Source: a virus. From it: a DNA stretch of 64,000 nt. The DNA lies in IMG/VR virus record IMGVR_UViG_3300030419_002557, positions 1 through 64,000 of that record. One strand, 5' to 3'. Positions within the stretch are counted from its first letter, which is position 1. Each line of letters opens with the position of its first letter. The notes beneath the pieces were generated by a model. It was not told where the DNA came from. It saw only the letters and a list, made by a program, of their open reading frames with translations, and searched no databases. Positions 62,039-64,000 of the stretch are shown in pieces. The translations under genes and the position numbers were made by a program.

Positions 62039-63328
62039 ATGATTCTCAAAGATATTATCGAAGAAGTGAATGGTCTTCTCGACCACAACCCAAATGTTAG
62101 TACGCATGAGACTCATGTGGTGCGACTTGTCAACAGACACTACGAGGAGCTTTGCAGCGCCCATCCGTGGCGATTCTTGCAAGAACGCGCTGAGCAACAG
62201 CTTTACGCCGACATCGACGGTGCGGCAGGAACAACCCTTACTTTGGCGAACAACAGCAAGCTTGTGACCGCAGCGGCAGGAGCCTGGCTGCACACGGGTA
62301 TGGAAGGCGCTGTAATCGAAGACACCACTAATAGTGTTGAATACCGGATTGATTCTGTCGCAAATACTACTACGGCTTATTTAGCAGAAGCAACAGGCGC
62401 TTCTGGCGCTTTGAGTGCAACGACAGCCTTTAAGGTAAAGTGGGACAAGATTAAACTGCCAAGAGATATGGTTGATTTTCTCGGCATTACCATTCGCGAT
62501 GAAATCTTTGGACAAGCAGCAAACGCTCGCGACCGTCGACTGGTGTACGTTGATTCACGCACAGAAGAAGACTTGTTGCTTGAGCACACATCTTCCGGTG
62601 ACACCATCATCATTACAGATGACGATGCAGATCGGACGCTCAACAACGACCTTACGATTACAGCTACGGTTACCGTGGGTGGGTCGCTGACTTACAGCAC
62701 AAAGTACGAATACTGTGCAACTATTGAAAGAGAAGGTATTGAATCTGCTCCAAGCCCTGTTGTAAGCGGCACGATTGCTGCTTCAGGGTCTGAGCGGACC
62801 ATTACTATTGCTGGGCTTCCAGCGGTCAGCGGTACTGATGTGTATCGAAAACGGATTTACCGCAGGAACGCGACAGCAAATACGGGCTGGTATCAAGTCT
62901 ACGAGATCGTGCCCGCTACGTCACCTTCTACATTTTTTAATGATGACGGGTCCTTTCCATTAGACTACGACCGCCCTCTTTACTACGAGGGCCCTCGCGA
63001 CACTATGCGTCTGTACAAACGCCCAGATGCTGACATTAAGTGCGAGATTCGGTATATGCGCCGCCCTTCAAGGCTTGTTGGATACAATGACGAGCCCCAG
63101 ATTCCGCCACAATATCATGTGATTCTTGTCTACAAGACAGTCGCAGACCTTTATCTGCAATACGGACAAGGGTCTATTTCCAACATCTACGAGGTCAAGG
63201 CTCAACAACGAATCGAGCAAATGAAGAAGCGTTACTTAGACCGTACTGATAGACTCTATCGTAAGGGACAATTTCAAGAAATGCCGAGTGGTTATGCATA
63301 CCTGTACGGCGATCCGGTGAAAACCTAA
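62039..63328 (+). CDS. Head-tail adaptor-like protein with inserted beta domains
   Basis: LVNRHYEELCSAHPWRFL, KLPRD, RLYKRPD..DEPQIPPQYHVILVY; inserts IESAPSP..RKRIYR. Confidence 0.7.
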   Translation: MILKDIIEEVNGLLDHNPNVSTHETHVVRLVNRHYEELCSAHPWRFLQERAEQQLYADIDGAAGTTLTLANNSKLVTAAAGAWLHTGMEGAVIEDTTNSVEYRIDSVANTTTAYLAEATGASGALSATTAFKVKWDKIKLPRDMVDFLGITIRDEIFGQAANARDRRLVYVDSRTEEDLLLEHTSSGDTIIITDDDADRTLNNDLTITATVTVGGSLTYSTKYEYCATIEREGIESAPSPVVSGTIAASGSERTITIAGLPAVSGTDVYRKRIYRRNATANTGWYQVYEIVPATSPSTFFNDDGSFPLDYDRPLYYEGPRDTMRLYKRPDADIKCEIRYMRRPSRLVGYNDEPQIPPQYHVILVYKTVADLYLQYGQGSISNIYEVKAQQRIEQMKKRYLDRTDRLYRKGQFQEMPSGYAYLYGDPVKT

Positions 63329-63600
63329 TGGGAAAATTTTACGAAATTCAAATGAGGCGGTTTGGTCTTCTTGGTTCTAAGGCCAAACCAGAGGAGCCAA
63401 AGGCTTTTGAAGAACGCCCAGCCGAGCCTTCTGAACAAGAAAAGCTGATGGCTCAGGAACGTCGACGCAGAGAAAAGTTCAAAGAGGTTTTTGGAGACAT
63501 TGGTTCCCAGCAAGTCTCTACAACACCACCTCCACAAACTGTGGAGTCAATAGAAACAGACGACGACGTTTTGCTTGGCGGTCTTAGGGGGCATTTGTAA
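63328..63600 (+). CDS. Hypothetical protein
   Basis: TAATG coupling. Confidence 0.55.
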   Translation: MGKFYEIQMRRFGLLGSKAKPEEPKAFEERPAEPSEQEKLMAQERRRREKFKEVFGDIGSQQVSTTPPPQTVESIETDDDVLLGGLRGHL

Positions 63601-64000
63601 TGGCCAGAAAACCAATGACAAACATCCCAGTGCAAACCGCCAACCAGTCAGGCGCTAAAGCCTTTCAAGCTGCATCAAAGAGCAGCGGCGACTTGCCAGG
63701 AAACTCCTTTATGAACCGAAGTGGTGGAAAGTCACGATTCCCTGGTAGAAAGTCTGTTGGTGTAGAGCCAACCCAGAAGTCTACTCAGGCCCCTGAGCTT
63801 TCTCAAAGAATCAACGCTCCACGGTTAAGCCAAGCCAGGGTTGAAGGCTATCGAAACCGGATTCAGACTTTGGCTCAACAAGCAGATGAAGAGCAAATCT
63901 TGCAGGAATACGGAAAGATTTTAGAAGAGGCTCGTGGTCATCAAGACTCATTCGCATTCGAAACAATGCAAAATGACATGGAAAAGTTCAAAGCGGATTC
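63600..64000 (+). CDS. Hypothetical protein, truncated by the window end
   Basis: TAATG coupling; MARKPMTNIPVQ... open to the edge. Confidence 0.55.
   Translation, partial: MARKPMTNIPVQTANQSGAKAFQAASKSSGDLPGNSFMNRSGGKSRFPGRKSVGVEPTQKSTQAPELSQRINAPRLSQARVEGYRNRIQTLAQQADEEQILQEYGKILEEARGHQDSFAFETMQNDMEKFKAD

Noticed and set aside
1-64000. Stop-codon recoding, integrase, DGR/retron RT, introns or inteins in terL/dnaB
   Set aside because: Genes are intact in the standard code, sizes are normal, and no such motifs were recognised

Overview
The whole window is a tailed dsDNA bacteriophage (Caudoviricetes) genome segment. It uses the standard genetic code, and no host genes, integrase, tape measure, CRISPR array or IS element were recognised. 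Layout: (1) 1-25.4 kb (+): internal virion/ejection-type proteins, including a 4,744-aa polyvalent protein, then tail fibre and small structural genes, then a dispersed lysis region containing a DUF2589 pair. (2) 25.5-31.5 kb: lambdoid-like recombination/replication module (RecT, YqaJ exonuclease, XRE HTH, RuvC-like resolvase, initiator, DnaB) and a tRNA-Asn. (3) 31.6-46.1 kb (mostly -): about 40 small early/accessory genes whose starts are marked by a repeated GAGGCAAC element, preceded by a ~750-nt highly structured non-coding RNA carrying two boxA-like motifs. (4) 46.8-49.7 kb (-): N6-adenine MTase and SSB. (5) 49.8-64 kb (+): terminase, portal, scaffold, major capsid, cement and adaptor genes, consistent with podovirus-like morphogenesis. 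Best leads: the large structured RNA, an iteron array duplicated outside the initiator gene, the DUF2589 pair in the lysis region, the enzymatic domains of the giant protein, and several recurrent regulatory motifs. All family assignments come from motif recognition by eye; no database search or folding program was run.
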